From: Candidatus Saccharimonadota bacterium
GTDB taxonomy: Bacteria > Pseudomonadota > Gammaproteobacteria > Enterobacterales > Enterobacteriaceae
DNA length: 7,572 nt
Direction: 5' to 3'
Assembly: GCF_012571345.1 (NCBI RefSeq)
Contig: NZ_CP046218.1
Coordinates: 174,133 to 181,704 of the forward strand
The notes under the pieces were generated by a model that made no database searches, had not been told where the DNA came from, and saw nothing but the letters and a program-made list of their open reading frames with translations. The position numbers and the translations under genes are program-made. The stretch's first letter is position 1. Each line of letters starts with the position of its first letter. This document shows positions 7,355 through 7,572 of the stretch, in pieces.

Positions 7355-7384
7355 ATCATAAAATCATCTATATGTTATTGTCAA
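7355..7384 (-). promoter_or_regulatory. Candidate sigma70 promoter for tRNA-Gly (and possibly downstream mutL-miaA)
   Basis: The minus strand reads TTGACA (7384-7379), an 18-nt spacer, then TATGAT (7360-7355). That is a perfect -35 hexamer and a 5/6 match at -10, located in the orn-tRNA spacer about 50 nt upstream of the mature tRNA 5' end. -10-like hexamers are common by chance at this base composition. TTGACA should be rarer because it contains a G and a C, and I see no other copy in the spacers of this window. Confidence 0.4.
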
Positions 7385-7394
7385 TATTTTTTAT

Positions 7395-7572
7395 TTATTT
7401 AAAAATAAATTTTTTATAAAATTGTAATTCTCTTATAGATTCATATATATCATCTATAGCTCTATGTTGTTGTTTTTTTTTAAATTTTATAAAAACATCC
7501 GGATACCATTGTTTAATAATTTCTTTAAAAGAACTAACATCAACATTACGATAATGAAAGTATTTTTCCAAA
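7395..7572 (-). CDS. orn: Oligoribonuclease (DEDDh 3'-5' exoribonuclease). C-terminal 58 codons plus stop; the 5' end lies beyond the right window edge.
   Basis: It is not in the ORF track because it is truncated by the window edge. Manual reverse-strand translation from 7571 gives LEKYFHYRNVDVSSFKEIIKQWYPDVFIKFKKKQQHRAIDDIYESIRELQFYKKFIFK*, with the stop (TAA) at 7397-7395. This matches the E. coli Orn C-terminus pattern YFHYR.LDVS..KEL...W.P.......H.A.DDI.ES..EL.YY, including the DEDDh His and Asp (H.A.DD). Confidence 0.9.
   Translation of the reverse strand, partial: LEKYFHYRNVDVSSFKEIIKQWYPDVFIKFKKKQQHRAIDDIYESIRELQFYKKFIFK

Noticed and set aside
1-7572. A hidden novel system (defence island, toxin-antitoxin, mobile element, CRISPR, prophage remnant)
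   Set aside because: Every ORF of meaningful size is a recognisable, full-length housekeeping orthologue, and the spacers are only 44-116 bp. I see no integrase, transposase or inverted terminal repeats. There are no repeat-spacer arrays. The only repeats are 15-17 bp A/T-rich tandem duplications with no unique spacers. No compositional island is present other than the tRNA.

Overview
This 7.6 kb window looks like ordinary, tightly packed housekeeping DNA from an extremely AT-rich, reduced genome. G+C is roughly one fifth by eye and was not computed. The proteins are very rich in Ile, Lys, Asn, Tyr and Phe. The protein and tRNA sequences look gammaproteobacterial (Enterobacterales-like), which fits an obligate insect endosymbiont of the Buchnera/Wigglesworthia/Blochmannia type. 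The exact taxon cannot be determined from the sequence alone.

All seven genes lie on the minus strand. In plus-strand order they are lepA (partial, runs off the left edge and is missing from the ORF track), prlC, rlmB, miaA, mutL, one tRNA-Gly(GCC) and orn (partial, runs off the right edge). All the reading frames are intact. Catalytic motifs are conserved in all of them except MiaA, which carries one P-loop substitution.

I find no evidence of a mobile element, CRISPR array, defence or toxin system, or any unassigned multi-gene cassette. There is no coding space left for a hidden system: the spacers are 44-116 bp. The observations worth a second look are modest:
- E. coli-collinear synteny with two clean multi-gene deletions, including the hfq-to-rnr block.
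- Short tandem repeats in two spacers.
- A near-consensus sigma70 promoter upstream of the tRNA.
- A non-canonical P-loop in MiaA.
- Long slippage-prone homopolymers inside mutL, prlC and orn.
- A 25-codon upstream ORF whose stop overlaps the prlC start.
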